64,000 nucleotides of DNA from Bacteroidota bacterium (GTDB taxonomy: Bacteria > Bacteroidota > Bacteroidia > NS11-12g > UBA955): the NCBI GenBank assembly GCA_027621365.1, contig JAQCBH010000007.1, positions 22,447-86,446 of the forward strand, in the 5' to 3' direction. This document shows, piece after piece, positions 1 through 9,246 of the stretch (its first letter is position 1; every line of letters starts with the position of its first letter). The position numbers were made by a program, and so were the translations under genes. The notes below the pieces were generated by a model. That model was given only the letters and a program-made list of their open reading frames with translations, did not search any database and was not told the DNA's origin.

Positions 1-1122
1 GCTCACCCATCCGGGGCTCACAAAGGAATCGCAGGCTTGAACCGAAATGCTGGTGTCAAAACTCTTGTAAATGGTGACTTGGTAGCGAATGTTGGAATCG
101 CAACCGCGCCAGGTTTGGTACTTTTCGAAATAGGAGCCGTCGGCGTAATAAGCGATGCCGGCAGGAGAAACAAAACTGTCGCATCCGCTGACCGCGTAAG
201 CCTTGTTGACTTTGCCAATGGTCAGCTTGATGGTGATGACGGAGTCGCATCCATAGGCGTTGCTGATGATGTCGTTGTAAGTGCCCGAGAAGGTGTAAGT
301 CTTGCCGCTGGGGGCCGTGTAGGAACTGCAAGCAAATGCCGTTAGGGTTGAAGCGGTATTGCCACCGTTCAGGTTAGCCCCACTGACCCAGTTGGAGGAG
401 CTTCCGCTCAGAGCGAAGTTGTAGAGCGTGCCGTGGTTGGAGTTGCCCGAATAGTCGGTAGCCGTTTTCTTGCTACTGTTATTGCCGGAAGAGGTGCCCT
501 CGCTCAATTTGTAATAGGCCTTAACGCGGCTGGGAACTTTGCAAAATTCTTCGTTGTAGTGGGCCTTGATGAGAGAGTCAGAAAGTACCTGCTCATAAAA
601 GCGAACCTCATCAATGTCCCCATCAAAGGAATTGGCGTTGTCCACGCGCATACCGATGCGAAACGGGAAGGTAGTGGCGGTGTTTACGCTCGTTGGAATG
701 GAGCCGGAGGTGTCGAGTTTTCCGTCGACATAGAGACGAAAAGGAGCCGAAGAATTGCTGGGGTTGTAACTCACCCCAACATGGTGCCAGTTGCCGTCGT
801 TGACAACAGTTTGTCCCATCAATCCGGATCCACCAACTTCGATTCGAAGGCGGTTTCCGTACAATACATTCAAGGTGAATCGGCCACCGGTTGTGCTCGC
901 TCCGTAGTCGCAAATGACTTTTTGCTTGCCCCCATTGTTGGGGTCGCAATTGGCCGTAGTGCGTATCCAAGCCTCAATGGTTCGGGCACCGTTGCCGCTT
1001 ACTCCGGCATATTTGGTTTCGACGTAATCGTCGGTTCCATCAAAATTGAGGGAAATTTTTTGTGCTGATAAGGCCGTCACTCCACAGAGGGCCAACATCA
1101 ACCATCCTTTTCTCCAGCCCAT
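1..1122 (-). CDS. Secreted LamG/concanavalin A-like domain protein with Cys-containing GCDS repeats (3' end runs off the window)
   Basis: Not in the ORF track because there is no stop in the window. Manual translation from ATG at 1122 gives MGWRKGWLMLALCGVTALSAQKISLNFDGTDDYVE...TIEAWIRT...VNDGNWHHVGVSY (signal peptide plus LamG motifs), followed by repeated GCDS/ACDS/ACSS units. Confidence 0.85.
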   Translation of the reverse strand, partial: MGWRKGWLMLALCGVTALSAQKISLNFDGTDDYVETKYAGVSGNGARTIEAWIRTTANCDPNNGGKQKVICDYGASTTGGRFTLNVLYGNRLRIEVGGSGLMGQTVVNDGNWHHVGVSYNPSNSSAPFRLYVDGKLDTSGSIPTSVNTATTFPFRIGMRVDNANSFDGDIDEVRFYEQVLSDSLIKAHYNEEFCKVPSRVKAYYKLSEGTSSGNNSSKKTATDYSGNSNHGTLYNFALSGSSSNWVSGANLNGGNTASTLTAFACSSYTAPSGKTYTFSGTYNDIISNAYGCDSVITIKLTIGKVNKAYAVSGCDSFVSPAGIAYYADGSYFEKYQTWRGCDSNIRYQVTIYKSFDTSISVQACDSFVSPGWVS

Positions 1123-1174
1123 GATTATGCAAGTTACAGGGACGGAACCACATTTTTATATGAAGGCCCAAGCG

Positions 1175-2272
1175 CTAATTGAAATGCTGAAAATCAAAGC
1201 ATTGGTAAAGGTCTTCACCGCAGTTTTCAGAGCTGATCATGAGGCTTTGATCCAGTAGGTCTTTCGAGAAACTCGGTACGGCTTGAGATGGTAATGCATC
1301 ATGAGGAGATTGGTACAAATGAACCTCATCCACCAATTGATCTCGGAGCAATGAGCTTGCCAGCTCGGGGCCAGATTCCACCAAAATGGCGGCCATGTCA
1401 AAGCTGGTCCAAAGAGCTTGTGCCAATTCAGTTAGTGGAACTAGGCCATTGACAAATGCCAAGGGTAAGACTTCAACCGCGGGAGGTAATTCGGGAACTG
1501 AAGTATTACGGTCCGTCACCAAAACGATTCGGCTATGGGAGCGGGGGTAAAAGAGGCGCAAGTCTGGGTGCTTCAACAGTGACCCTTCTCGGTCAATGAC
1601 CACCACGCTCAGTTCGCGGGTTTCGTTTTCAAGGCGAACATTCAACACAGGATTGTCGATCAAAACCGTTTTGGCGCTGGTGAGTAGGGCATCAACCCTA
1701 TGGCGCAAGTGCTGATGAGCATGTTGACGGGATTCCAAGCAGCTGATGGGGGTTCCTGTACCCCGTTGAGCGGTCACAAAGCCGTTGCTGGATTCAGCCA
1801 TTTTCAGTTGGATATAGGGCCTTTTGTGAAGCTGATTCACCCAAAAAACCTTGTTGAGTTCGATCGCCTCCTTTAATGGCGTGTAATGAACGTCTACACC
1901 ATTTTTCTGCAACAATTCCAGGCCATTGACCTTGGGGTTAGGGTCTTTTGAGGCTACCCAAACCTCTGGAATTTTGTGCTTGAGAATCAAGTCGCAACAA
2001 GCCGGAGTTCGACCCACGTGCGAGCAGGGTTCCAAGGAAACAAAGAGCCGACATCGTTCAAGTTGGGCCCCGTTTTGCAGGGCCTCTTGAATGGCAAATA
2101 CCTCGGCATGAGACTGTCCCACTTCCGGGTGAAACCCTCTGCCTACCACTTGGTTAAGGTCATTCAATAGGAGGGCCCCTACCCGTGGATTGGGCCTAAC
2201 CCGATTGGGATCGGCCTGCTTAGCCAAAGCAATGGTTTCCAACAACCAAGGGTTTACGAGATAATCCTCCAT
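1175..2272 (-). CDS. ribD: Bifunctional riboflavin pyrimidine deaminase/reductase
   Basis: PNPRVGA, HAEV and LEPCSHVGRTPACC deaminase zinc motifs; reductase domain with DNP.LNVR and ILVESG. Confidence 0.95.
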   Translation of the reverse strand: MEDYLVNPWLLETIALAKQADPNRVRPNPRVGALLLNDLNQVVGRGFHPEVGQSHAEVFAIQEALQNGAQLERCRLFVSLEPCSHVGRTPACCDLILKHKIPEVWVASKDPNPKVNGLELLQKNGVDVHYTPLKEAIELNKVFWVNQLHKRPYIQLKMAESSNGFVTAQRGTGTPISCLESRQHAHQHLRHRVDALLTSAKTVLIDNPVLNVRLENETRELSVVVIDREGSLLKHPDLRLFYPRSHSRIVLVTDRNTSVPELPPAVEVLPLAFVNGLVPLTELAQALWTSFDMAAILVESGPELASSLLRDQLVDEVHLYQSPHDALPSQAVPSFSKDLLDQSLMISSENCGEDLYQCFDFQHFN

Positions 2273-2302
2273 AAATTTGCACCCGAAATTACCGAATTAT
2301 TC

Positions 2303-2887
2303 ATGTTTACAGGCATTGTGGGTTCGGGCCATATCGCCCGCGTAGAACGATCAGATGATCGAATCAAGTTGGGTCTTCTCGCTGAAGATCATTACCCAGA
2401 GTGTCAATTGGGTGATAGTGTAGCTGTCGATGGCATGTGTCTGACGGTCGAGGAAAAGCGAGACGGAGAGTTGATTTTCTTTGTGTCGTCTGAGACCATA
2501 GACAAGACCATAGTGCGCCATTACAAGGACGGTCGCATGGTGAACGTGGAGTTGCCCTTGAGGCCTCAAGATCGCATTGGCGGCCACCACGTTTTGGGCC
2601 ATGTAGATTGCACAGCCACGGTTCATTCTGTCGATCAATCTTCCGGCGGATGGTTCGTTCGCATTCAAATTCCTGAACCATTCCAACGCTACCTTGTTTA
2701 CAAAGGGTCTGTTGCCGTCAATGGGGTGAGTTTAACGGTCAATGCCATTCATGGCGACTTGATGGAGCTTTGCATCATTCCGGTGACGGTTCAAAAAACG
2801 AACTTTCAGTCCCTGCAGGCAGGACATGAAGTAAATATGGAATTTGACATTTTGGCCAAATACACAGAAAGGTTGCTCAACAAGTGA
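2303..2887 (+). CDS. ribE: Riboflavin synthase (alpha chain; ribC in E. coli nomenclature)
   Basis: N-terminal MFTGIV; GDSVAVDGMCLTV, GGHHVLGHVD and KGSVAVNGVSLTV. Confidence 0.96.
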   Translation: MFTGIVGSGHIARVERSDDRIKLGLLAEDHYPECQLGDSVAVDGMCLTVEEKRDGELIFFVSSETIDKTIVRHYKDGRMVNVELPLRPQDRIGGHHVLGHVDCTATVHSVDQSSGGWFVRIQIPEPFQRYLVYKGSVAVNGVSLTVNAIHGDLMELCIIPVTVQKTNFQSLQAGHEVNMEFDILAKYTERLLNK

Positions 2888-4125
2888 AATCGATTTTTGA
2901 TACCGTAGAAGTTGCCTTGAAGGCTTTTTCAAACGGAGATCCCATTGTAGTGGTCGACGATGAACACCGCGAAAATGAAGGGGATATTGTATTCGCTGGC
3001 GCTCAGTGCACTCCCGATAAGATCAATTTTTGTGTTCAAGAGGGCGGAGGCTTGGTCTGCGTCGCTTTGGGACCTGACAGGGCCCGTGAATTGGGGTTGA
3101 CCAAGGTTCCTTCCAACAAAAAAGACCCCTTGTCGACGGCCTTTTTGGATTCGGTTGATGCGGTACAAAGTCATGGGGTTAGCACAGGGATTTCGGCCTC
3201 CGATCGTTCCATCACCACACGTCTTTTAGCGGCTGCTGGAACTCAGACCAGCGATTTTAGCGTGCCTGGTCATGTGTTTCCCTTGCGGGCTGTCCCCGGC
3301 GGATTGTTGGCTCGTCGCGGGCACACAGAGGCAGCGGTTGACTTGTGCAAATTAACGGGTCAAGCCGAGGCTGCGGTGATTTGTGAAATTCTGGACAAGG
3401 ATGGAACCATGTTGCGACGCCAGGGCTTACGATCTTTTTCTGAGCGCCATGGTTTGAAGATGATTTCGATTGAGCAATTGCATGAGTACTTGGAACAACA
3501 TCAGTTGCCATCTCCTTCAACTGAAACGCTTCAGCTCTGTGAGCCGGTATCGGCCTCTAGTCTTCAGACGAAATACGGGGAATTCAGCATTCAGGTGTTC
3601 AAGTCAATCGCAACTGGGGTGGAGCACTCTGTACTGAGCCAAAAAATCAACTTGGAAGCAAAGCCAGTACTGCGCTTGCACAGCGAATGTCATACAGGAG
3701 ATGTGTTTGGTAGTTTGCGCTGCGATTGCGGCGAACAACTGCAATCAGCCTTGCAAAAGATCTCAGAAGTTGGCCACGGTTACTTGATATACCTAAAGGG
3801 CCAAGAAGGCCGTGGTATTGGTTTGGGGAATAAAATTGCCGCTTATTCGCTTCAAGAACAAGGTTTGAATACCTATGAGGCCAACTTGAAATTGGGGCAT
3901 CCCATTGATTCGCGCAGTTACGCCGAAGCGGCTGATATAGTCGCTCAATTGGACTTGGAAGGCTTTGTTCTCATGACCAACAATCCCGATAAAATGGCGG
4001 CAATGAAAAAAGCGGGTTTCAGTTTTGATGTGGAAACCATTCCTGTGCGCCCGAATGCCCACAACCTTCAGTATTTGACTGACAAAAAGAACTTGGGACA
4101 GCACCACATTACTTTTGAATCATGA
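2884..4125 (+). CDS. ribBA: Bifunctional DHBP synthase / GTP cyclohydrolase II
   Basis: RENEGD and RRGHTEA (RibB); RLHSECHTGDVFGSLRCDCGEQL, EGRGIGL and TNNPDK (RibA). GTG start overlaps the ribE stop. Confidence 0.96.
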   Translation: MKSIFDTVEVALKAFSNGDPIVVVDDEHRENEGDIVFAGAQCTPDKINFCVQEGGGLVCVALGPDRARELGLTKVPSNKKDPLSTAFLDSVDAVQSHGVSTGISASDRSITTRLLAAAGTQTSDFSVPGHVFPLRAVPGGLLARRGHTEAAVDLCKLTGQAEAAVICEILDKDGTMLRRQGLRSFSERHGLKMISIEQLHEYLEQHQLPSPSTETLQLCEPVSASSLQTKYGEFSIQVFKSIATGVEHSVLSQKINLEAKPVLRLHSECHTGDVFGSLRCDCGEQLQSALQKISEVGHGYLIYLKGQEGRGIGLGNKIAAYSLQEQGLNTYEANLKLGHPIDSRSYAEAADIVAQLDLEGFVLMTNNPDKMAAMKKAGFSFDVETIPVRPNAHNLQYLTDKKNLGQHHITFES

Positions 4126-4535
4126 TAGCCATTGTTAAAGCCGATTTTAACCAAGAAATCACGGGCCCTTTGTTGAAGGGTTGCGTCGACTACCTAAAAG
4201 AACAGCAGGCTCCCTTTGAGCTTTGGGAGGTTCCGGGAGCGGTCGAAACGGTAGCCTTGAGTAAAAAACTCATGGATACGGGCAGCTACAAGAGCATCAT
4301 TGTTTTGGGTGCCATTGTCGAGGGCGATACGGATCACTACGAGTATGTATGCAACTTCGTGACCCATGGCATTGCGACTTTGTCAGCATCGGCCCATATC
4401 CCAGTAGTATTTGGTGTATTGACCACCCAAACCGAAGAGTTGGCCCTAGAGCGCGCCTTACCAGAGCGCATGAACAAGGGCGCTGAGTTTGCCGAAACAG
4501 CCCTGACCATGATGGGCCTGTTTGCCAAGATTTAA
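4122..4535 (+). CDS. ribH: 6,7-dimethyl-8-ribityllumazine synthase
   Basis: IAIVKADFN, VPGAVE, GDTDHYEYV, PVVFGVLT and NKGAE motifs; ATGA overlap with ribBA. Confidence 0.95.
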   Translation: MIAIVKADFNQEITGPLLKGCVDYLKEQQAPFELWEVPGAVETVALSKKLMDTGSYKSIIVLGAIVEGDTDHYEYVCNFVTHGIATLSASAHIPVVFGVLTTQTEELALERALPERMNKGAEFAETALTMMGLFAKI

Positions 4536-4571
4536 TTGGAGTTTTGCCGGAATTTATCCTGTGATGGGAGG

Positions 4572-4613
4572 CAGGATTGCCTCGTTCGGCTATCGCCGAA
4601 CTCGGCGAACCTG
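4572..4613 (-). repeat. Split T-arm-like hairpin element, copy at tRNA-Leu(GAG)
   Basis: Minus strand reads CAGGTTC-GCC-GA-GTTCGGC-GATA-GCCGAAC-GA-GGC-AATCCTG. The flanks are nearly identical to 57044..57082. Confidence 0.8.
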
Positions 4614-4628
4614 AGGGGCGATCTTACC

Positions 4629-4750
4629 CAAGGCCCGGCTTCCTCGCGCAGCGAGGAAGTGGCCTTTCTTTTTTCCTCTCAGGCTCAACCCTTTGGCTTG
4701 GCCTTCGCTGAAAAAAGAAAGGCCCAGCAGCCTGCGGCTGCCGGGCCTTG
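4629..4750. repeat. Four-way cruciform (nested inverted repeats) directly 3' of tRNA-Leu(GAG)
   Basis: Outer arms CAAGGCCCGGC (4629-4639) / GCCGGGCCTTG (4740-4750); perfect 15-bp central arms GGCCTTTCTTTTTTC (4661-4675) / GAAAAAAGAAAGGCC (4710-4724); two side hairpins. Confidence 0.85.
4711..4749 (-). terminator. Intrinsic terminator of tRNA-Leu(GAG)
   Basis: Minus strand AAGGCCCGGCAGCC-GCA-GGCTGCTGGGCCTTTCTTTTTT, a GC-rich stem followed by a U tract. Confidence 0.75.
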
Positions 4751-4834
4751 TGCCCAGTACTGGATTCGAACCAGCACGTCCTTGCGAACACCACCCCCTC
4801 AAGATGGCGTGTCTACCAATTTCACCAACTGGGC
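4751..4834 (-). tRNA. tRNA-Leu(GAG)
   Basis: GCCCAGTTGGTGAAATTGGTAGACACG-CCATC-TTGAGGG-GGTGG, long variable arm, GCTGGTTCGAATCCAGTACTGGGCA. CCA is not encoded. Confidence 0.96.
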
Positions 4835-4868
4835 GTTTGCACCGAAGTGCCCCGGGTGAACGGGGTGG

Positions 4869-4876
4869 CAAATATA
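4869..4876 (-). promoter_or_regulatory. Bacteroidota -7 promoter element for tRNA-Leu(GAG)
   Basis: TATATTTG on the minus strand matches TAnnTTTG. The same GGGGTGGCAAATATA context occurs upstream of tRNA-Leu(CAG). Confidence 0.75.
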
Positions 4877-4918
4877 AAGCTTGAAGAGCAAAGGAAATTC
4901 CTTGGCTGGGAATAAAAA

Positions 4919-5608
4919 TTAGCGCCAGTAAAGCTTGTAGACTAGGGCCAATAGGGGAGCTACCAATGCGCCGCCAATCAAAAGACCCAAGCGAATGGGG
5001 TCTTGGCCCAAAGCATGGCTATTCAAAAGCAGAGCCCATAACAATCCGACGGCGGCACCACCCAAATGGCCTTCGTGTGAAACGCGAGCCAACTCGGCTT
5101 TCTTGGAAAACATAAGCCCGGTAGAAACCAGTCCAAATAAGGTGCCAAAGAGCCAGCCGGGAATGGCCACGGGCAAGAATAGCAAGGAAAGTCGCAGGTC
5201 AGGGGCCAGAAACAAGAGGAAATAGATGCATCCGACGACACCGCCTGAGGCACCAAGGGCCAAATAAACCGGGCGATCACGACGAAACAAAAGGGAATAT
5301 TGACCTGCCCCTAACACGGCGGTCCAAAAGACCAGGCTGGCCGCGAGGGCGCCAAAGGGTTGGGGTAGCAAGGATTCCAGCGTAGGGCCGAAAAAGTATA
5401 GGGTAAGCCCATTGAAGAGCAGGTGCATCGGGCCGCTGTGCACCAATGCATGGGTGAACAGGCGATAGCGCTGTTTGCGGTATCGGGAGTCTAGCAGCAA
5501 ATTGCCTACTATATTGGGATTGCCCATAGAGGCAATGAAGACCAAGACCAACAAGCCAATGTGCAGGTAGGTGAAGGGAGAATCGATCCAAATGGGTCCT
5601 AGGCGCAT
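4919..5608 (-). CDS. Rhomboid family intramembrane serine protease
   Basis: HALVHSGPMHLLFN, catalytic GASG and SHEGHLGGA. Start re-assigned to ATG 5608, which overlaps the upstream stop. Confidence 0.9.
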   Translation of the reverse strand: MRLGPIWIDSPFTYLHIGLLVLVFIASMGNPNIVGNLLLDSRYRKQRYRLFTHALVHSGPMHLLFNGLTLYFFGPTLESLLPQPFGALAASLVFWTAVLGAGQYSLLFRRDRPVYLALGASGGVVGCIYFLLFLAPDLRLSLLFLPVAIPGWLFGTLFGLVSTGLMFSKKAELARVSHEGHLGGAAVGLLWALLLNSHALGQDPIRLGLLIGGALVAPLLALVYKLYWR

Positions 5609-6324
5609 CAGGGTTGTATCAAAATTAGTCCGGATCCGGGGCCTTCGCGCTGCACCTTGAAAGAGGCTTGGCGCTTGCAAACCAAGTTCCCGGAATTGAA
5701 TAGATAGGCAAACAATTGCTTGTCGGGGCTGATGAAGGCATCGTGCACGGTGTAATGTCGAATGTAGGCATCGTCGCACCACAAGTCACGGGCATTCAAG
5801 GAGCTGCTTTGTTCCAAACTCCAGGACACGATGTTGGCGCGGCCCGAAACCGTCAATAGGCTCTGGTTGTCACTGCCTCCAAATAATTGTCCGGTTTGTA
5901 CCTTGAGCTCTTGGTTCATGATGCTGCCTTGAATGACCTGCAGCGCTGGAGTTCGCAAGGTGTCGAGGCACTGCACTTGGGCGGCATCGAGAATGTGCAA
6001 CAAAGACAGATTCAAAACATTCAAGGTGCACCGAGGGGCAGGATCTTCCGGTCTAAGAAAGCGGCCCTTGTTGGCATCGCGCAAGACCAGTCGTCCGTTA
6101 TTGATTTGGGCTTGAAGGCCGTCCAAACGATGGTTGAGATGGTCCCAAACCAGAAACTGCCCAGAGTCGGGATTGCAACACAGGTAAAGGTCGATTCTGT
6201 CATGTACTTCGAGCTCTTGGAACGGCTGCAGTTGCAGAAAGCAAAAGTCTCTGACCGGCTCATCGGTTTTGCGGCAGCCACCCAATAGGAGCAGGGCCAT
6301 TGCTATTAGCCAAAGTCGAGACAT
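5608..6324 (-). CDS. Lipoprotein with DUF2807 (GIN / auto-transporter adhesin head-like) domain
   Basis: Lipobox LLLGGC; FQELEVHDRIDL and LTVSGRA...LNARDL beta-solenoid pattern typical of DUF2807. Confidence 0.65.
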   Translation of the reverse strand: MSRLWLIAMALLLLGGCRKTDEPVRDFCFLQLQPFQELEVHDRIDLYLCCNPDSGQFLVWDHLNHRLDGLQAQINNGRLVLRDANKGRFLRPEDPAPRCTLNVLNLSLLHILDAAQVQCLDTLRTPALQVIQGSIMNQELKVQTGQLFGGSDNQSLLTVSGRANIVSWSLEQSSSLNARDLWCDDAYIRHYTVHDAFISPDKQLFAYLFNSGNLVCKRQASFKVQREGPGSGLILIQP

Positions 6325-6361
6325 GCTTACAAAGGTGGGGTTCAGCCCCTATATTTGACCC

Positions 6362-6970
6362 ATGCGCCTAGCTTTTCTCTGCATTTGTCTACTCGTGAGT
6401 CCTCTTGTGGCCCAGCCTGGATTGGAAGATGGCCCAGAAGCCCCGGCTAGAGAGGCGGCTCAGGCCATGCGTTCGCGTCAATTCATCAAGGCCGAATACA
6501 TTTACCGGAACATGTTGGCCTCCGATCCCACATCGAACACCACACGGCAATTGTTGAGTCATGCATTGATCATGCAGGGGCGTTACTTTGAGGCCGATTC
6601 GATCAACCGTTCCATCATTCTCAAAGACAGTATGGTGGCGGGTTCCTATTGGTACTTGGCGTTGAGCGCCGAGCGCCAAGATCAATACGATCGGGCGGTG
6701 TATCTGTTTGATCGGTATTTGGACAAAACCAAAGGGCAGTCTACTCAGAATCAATCGGCCTGGCTTCACATGGGCAGCAATTTGCGCCGCAAGATGCACC
6801 AACAAGGAATTGACGAAGAGGAATGGGGGTTGATGCAGCACTATTACAAACAGTATTTGAGTGGCAATCCGCCTGATCCTTATGTGGATTCTCTGTATGC
6901 CTTTTTGGATGAGGTGCGCCGCCGCCGCCCAGCACCTGGAACCCAACTGGTTTGGGACGAGGCTCAGTAA
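6362..6970 (+). CDS. Exported tetratricopeptide-repeat protein
   Basis: Signal peptide; helical TPR-like repeats (LSHALIMQGRYFEA, YLALSAERQDQYDRA). Confidence 0.65.
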   Translation: MRLAFLCICLLVSPLVAQPGLEDGPEAPAREAAQAMRSRQFIKAEYIYRNMLASDPTSNTTRQLLSHALIMQGRYFEADSINRSIILKDSMVAGSYWYLALSAERQDQYDRAVYLFDRYLDKTKGQSTQNQSAWLHMGSNLRRKMHQQGIDEEEWGLMQHYYKQYLSGNPPDPYVDSLYAFLDEVRRRRPAPGTQLVWDEAQ

Positions 6971-7058
6971 TCGAACTGCATACAAACGGGTATAGCCGTT
7001 TGCCTGGCATTGGGCTAGTACGGAAGGCCCTATCTTTGCGTTAACCATCGACCCTTTC

Positions 7059-8279
7059 GTGAACAAAAGCAAGATCATCAACGATCCCCTACACGGGTTT
7101 CTCGCCATTCCCACCTCCTTGTTGTACGATGTCATTCAACATCGCTACTTCCAACGCTTGAGGCGCATACGTCAGTTGGGCATGAGCGAATGGGTCTATC
7201 CAGGAGCCATTCACACCCGCTTTGGCCATGCTTTAGGGGCTTTGAATCTGACCTGGCAGGCTTTGGAATCTCTGCAGAAAAAGGGGGTGGAGATCAGCGC
7301 TGAGGAAAAGGAAGCCACGGCCTTAGCCATACTTCTGCACGACATCGGTCACGGCCCTTTTAGCCACACCTTGGAACACACCTTGATTCGCGAGGTCAAT
7401 CACGAAGACATTTCCCTTCGCATCATGCAGCGCATGAATGAAGAATTCAAGGGTGCCTTGGACTTAGCCATTCGAATTTTTCAGGGGCAGTACCCCGAGA
7501 AGCCCTTTTTGAGCGAATTGATTTCGGGCCAATTGGACATGGATCGATTGGACTACTTGCTTCGTGATAGTTTTTATACGGGCGTCAGCGAAGGCATTGT
7601 AGGAGCTGAACGCATTCTGCATATGCTCCATGTAGTTGATGGCCATTTGGCCGTTGAGGAAAAGGGCATTTACAGCGTTGAGAAATTCTTGATCGCTCGG
7701 CGATTGATGTATTGGCAAGTGTACTTGCACAAGACGGTCATTTCGGCCGATGCCTTGTTGGTAGCCATTTTGAAACGAGCCCGGGTATTGGCGGCTGAGC
7801 ATCACTCCTTGGGAATGTATCATCCGCTGTTGCATTTCCTATTCAGAGACGTGCACTTTGGCAACTTCGACGAGGAAGCATTGGATTTGTTCCTGCAGCT
7901 GGATGATATCGACATTGTGTCGTCCATCAAGCATTGGCAGTTCCACGAAGACCGCATCTTGTCCCTGCTTTCTCACGCTATGTTGCAGCGTCGCCTGCCC
8001 AAGGTGAAAGTTCAATTGCAGCCCTTTAGCGAAGGAGAATGGAACATTTACCGCAGCCAAGTTCAGAGTGAATTGGGATTGGCTGACGACGAAATTGACT
8101 ATTTCGTCTCCCGCGGTAAGCTGGAAAACAACGCCTACCGAAGCGAGGGAGGAGGCATTCGAATATTGCGCAAAGACGGCCGTGTTCAAGATGTCGCCGA
8201 AGCTTCAGACAATTACAACTTATCGGCCTTGGAAGAAACCGTGGTCAAGCATTACATCACCCATTTTGTAACCACGTGA
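7059..8279 (+). CDS. HD-domain phosphohydrolase (dNTP triphosphohydrolase-like)
   Basis: FQRLRRIRQLG, HTRFGHALG, LLHDIGHGPFSH, DMDRLDYLLRD and MYWQVYLHK. Confidence 0.92.
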   Translation: MNKSKIINDPLHGFLAIPTSLLYDVIQHRYFQRLRRIRQLGMSEWVYPGAIHTRFGHALGALNLTWQALESLQKKGVEISAEEKEATALAILLHDIGHGPFSHTLEHTLIREVNHEDISLRIMQRMNEEFKGALDLAIRIFQGQYPEKPFLSELISGQLDMDRLDYLLRDSFYTGVSEGIVGAERILHMLHVVDGHLAVEEKGIYSVEKFLIARRLMYWQVYLHKTVISADALLVAILKRARVLAAEHHSLGMYHPLLHFLFRDVHFGNFDEEALDLFLQLDDIDIVSSIKHWQFHEDRILSLLSHAMLQRRLPKVKVQLQPFSEGEWNIYRSQVQSELGLADDEIDYFVSRGKLENNAYRSEGGGIRILRKDGRVQDVAEASDNYNLSALEETVVKHYITHFVTT

Positions 8280-9103
8280 AACCCCGTCGTTTTCAACCCC
8301 TAAGACCTGCTCAAGCCTCGCACGAAGGTGTCAAAGCCAAGAAGGGTTTGGGCCAGCATTTTTTACGCGATGGAGGCATTGCCGCTGATATCGCTGATTT
8401 GGTATTGCCCGAATGCGACCAAGTGGTTGAAATTGGACCGGGTACTGGGGTGTTGACCCGATTGTTATACCCCAAATGGGCCGAGAAGCTCAGTTGTGTG
8501 GAGCTGGATTCAGAATCGGTGCTGCACTTGTCTCAGCAAAACTGGGCGGCCGGTCTTAAGGTGGTAGAAGGCGATTTTCTCGCTCTGAATTTGCGCGATT
8601 TGTTCGGCTCAGAACTTCCATGTTTGATCGGCAACTACCCCTATAACATATCGACACAAATTGCGTTTGCGGTCGTGGAAAGCCCTGTGCCCATATACCA
8701 ATTTGCCGGCATGTTTCAGCGCGAGGTCGCCTTGCGGTTGTGCGCAGGTCCCGGAAACAAAGACTATGGCATTACCTCGGTACTCTTGCAAGCCTATTAC
8801 GACTGCCAATATTGTTTCACGGTAGAGCCACATTCCTTTGAGCCACCGCCAAAGGTGCGCAGTGGGGTTATGACCTGCACCCGCAAAGCCGAGTGTCCAG
8901 ATGTATCCTACAAGGCGCTCAAATCGGTGGTGAAAATGGCCTTCAATCAACGGCGAAAAACCCTGTCAAATGCGTTAAAGCCTTTGCTGAGCACCCGAGA
9001 TGATTTTCAACTTCCCGAACATTGGGCCGGATTGAGAGCCGAACAGTTGGGCGTGGTGGATTTTTTGACCCTGGCTCGCATGTTTGAAGAATCAAATCAT
9101 TGA
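8276..9103 (+). CDS. rsmA: 16S rRNA m6,2A1518/1519 dimethyltransferase
   Basis: KAKKGLGQHFL, EIGPGTGVLT, GNYPYNIS, F.PPPKV.S and AFNQRRKTL. Confidence 0.96.
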   Translation: MKPRRFQPLRPAQASHEGVKAKKGLGQHFLRDGGIAADIADLVLPECDQVVEIGPGTGVLTRLLYPKWAEKLSCVELDSESVLHLSQQNWAAGLKVVEGDFLALNLRDLFGSELPCLIGNYPYNISTQIAFAVVESPVPIYQFAGMFQREVALRLCAGPGNKDYGITSVLLQAYYDCQYCFTVEPHSFEPPPKVRSGVMTCTRKAECPDVSYKALKSVVKMAFNQRRKTLSNALKPLLSTRDDFQLPEHWAGLRAEQLGVVDFLTLARMFEESNH

Positions 9104-9246
9104 CCTGTTGTCATTTGATCTTTTTCACCCCTCATTTTCATCCCATTTTTATTGCATTTGGACCTAAAAAATCCGTGAAAAAATCCATCAAATCCTGAGC
9201 GGTATGCCTATTTTTGCCTGACTTAAATCCTAATTAGGCTTAGAAG

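Noticed and set aside
433-1068. 211-aa plus-strand ORF
   Set aside because: Antisense shadow of the LamG gene on the minus strand; no recognisable motifs.
2273-2302. FMN riboswitch upstream of the rib genes
   Set aside because: Only 30 bp of intergenic space and no RFN consensus.
4536-4884. Short ORFs across tRNA-Leu(GAG), and likewise across tRNA-Pro and tRNA-Leu(CAG)
   Set aside because: They overlap tRNA genes and GC-rich hairpins and have no protein-like features.
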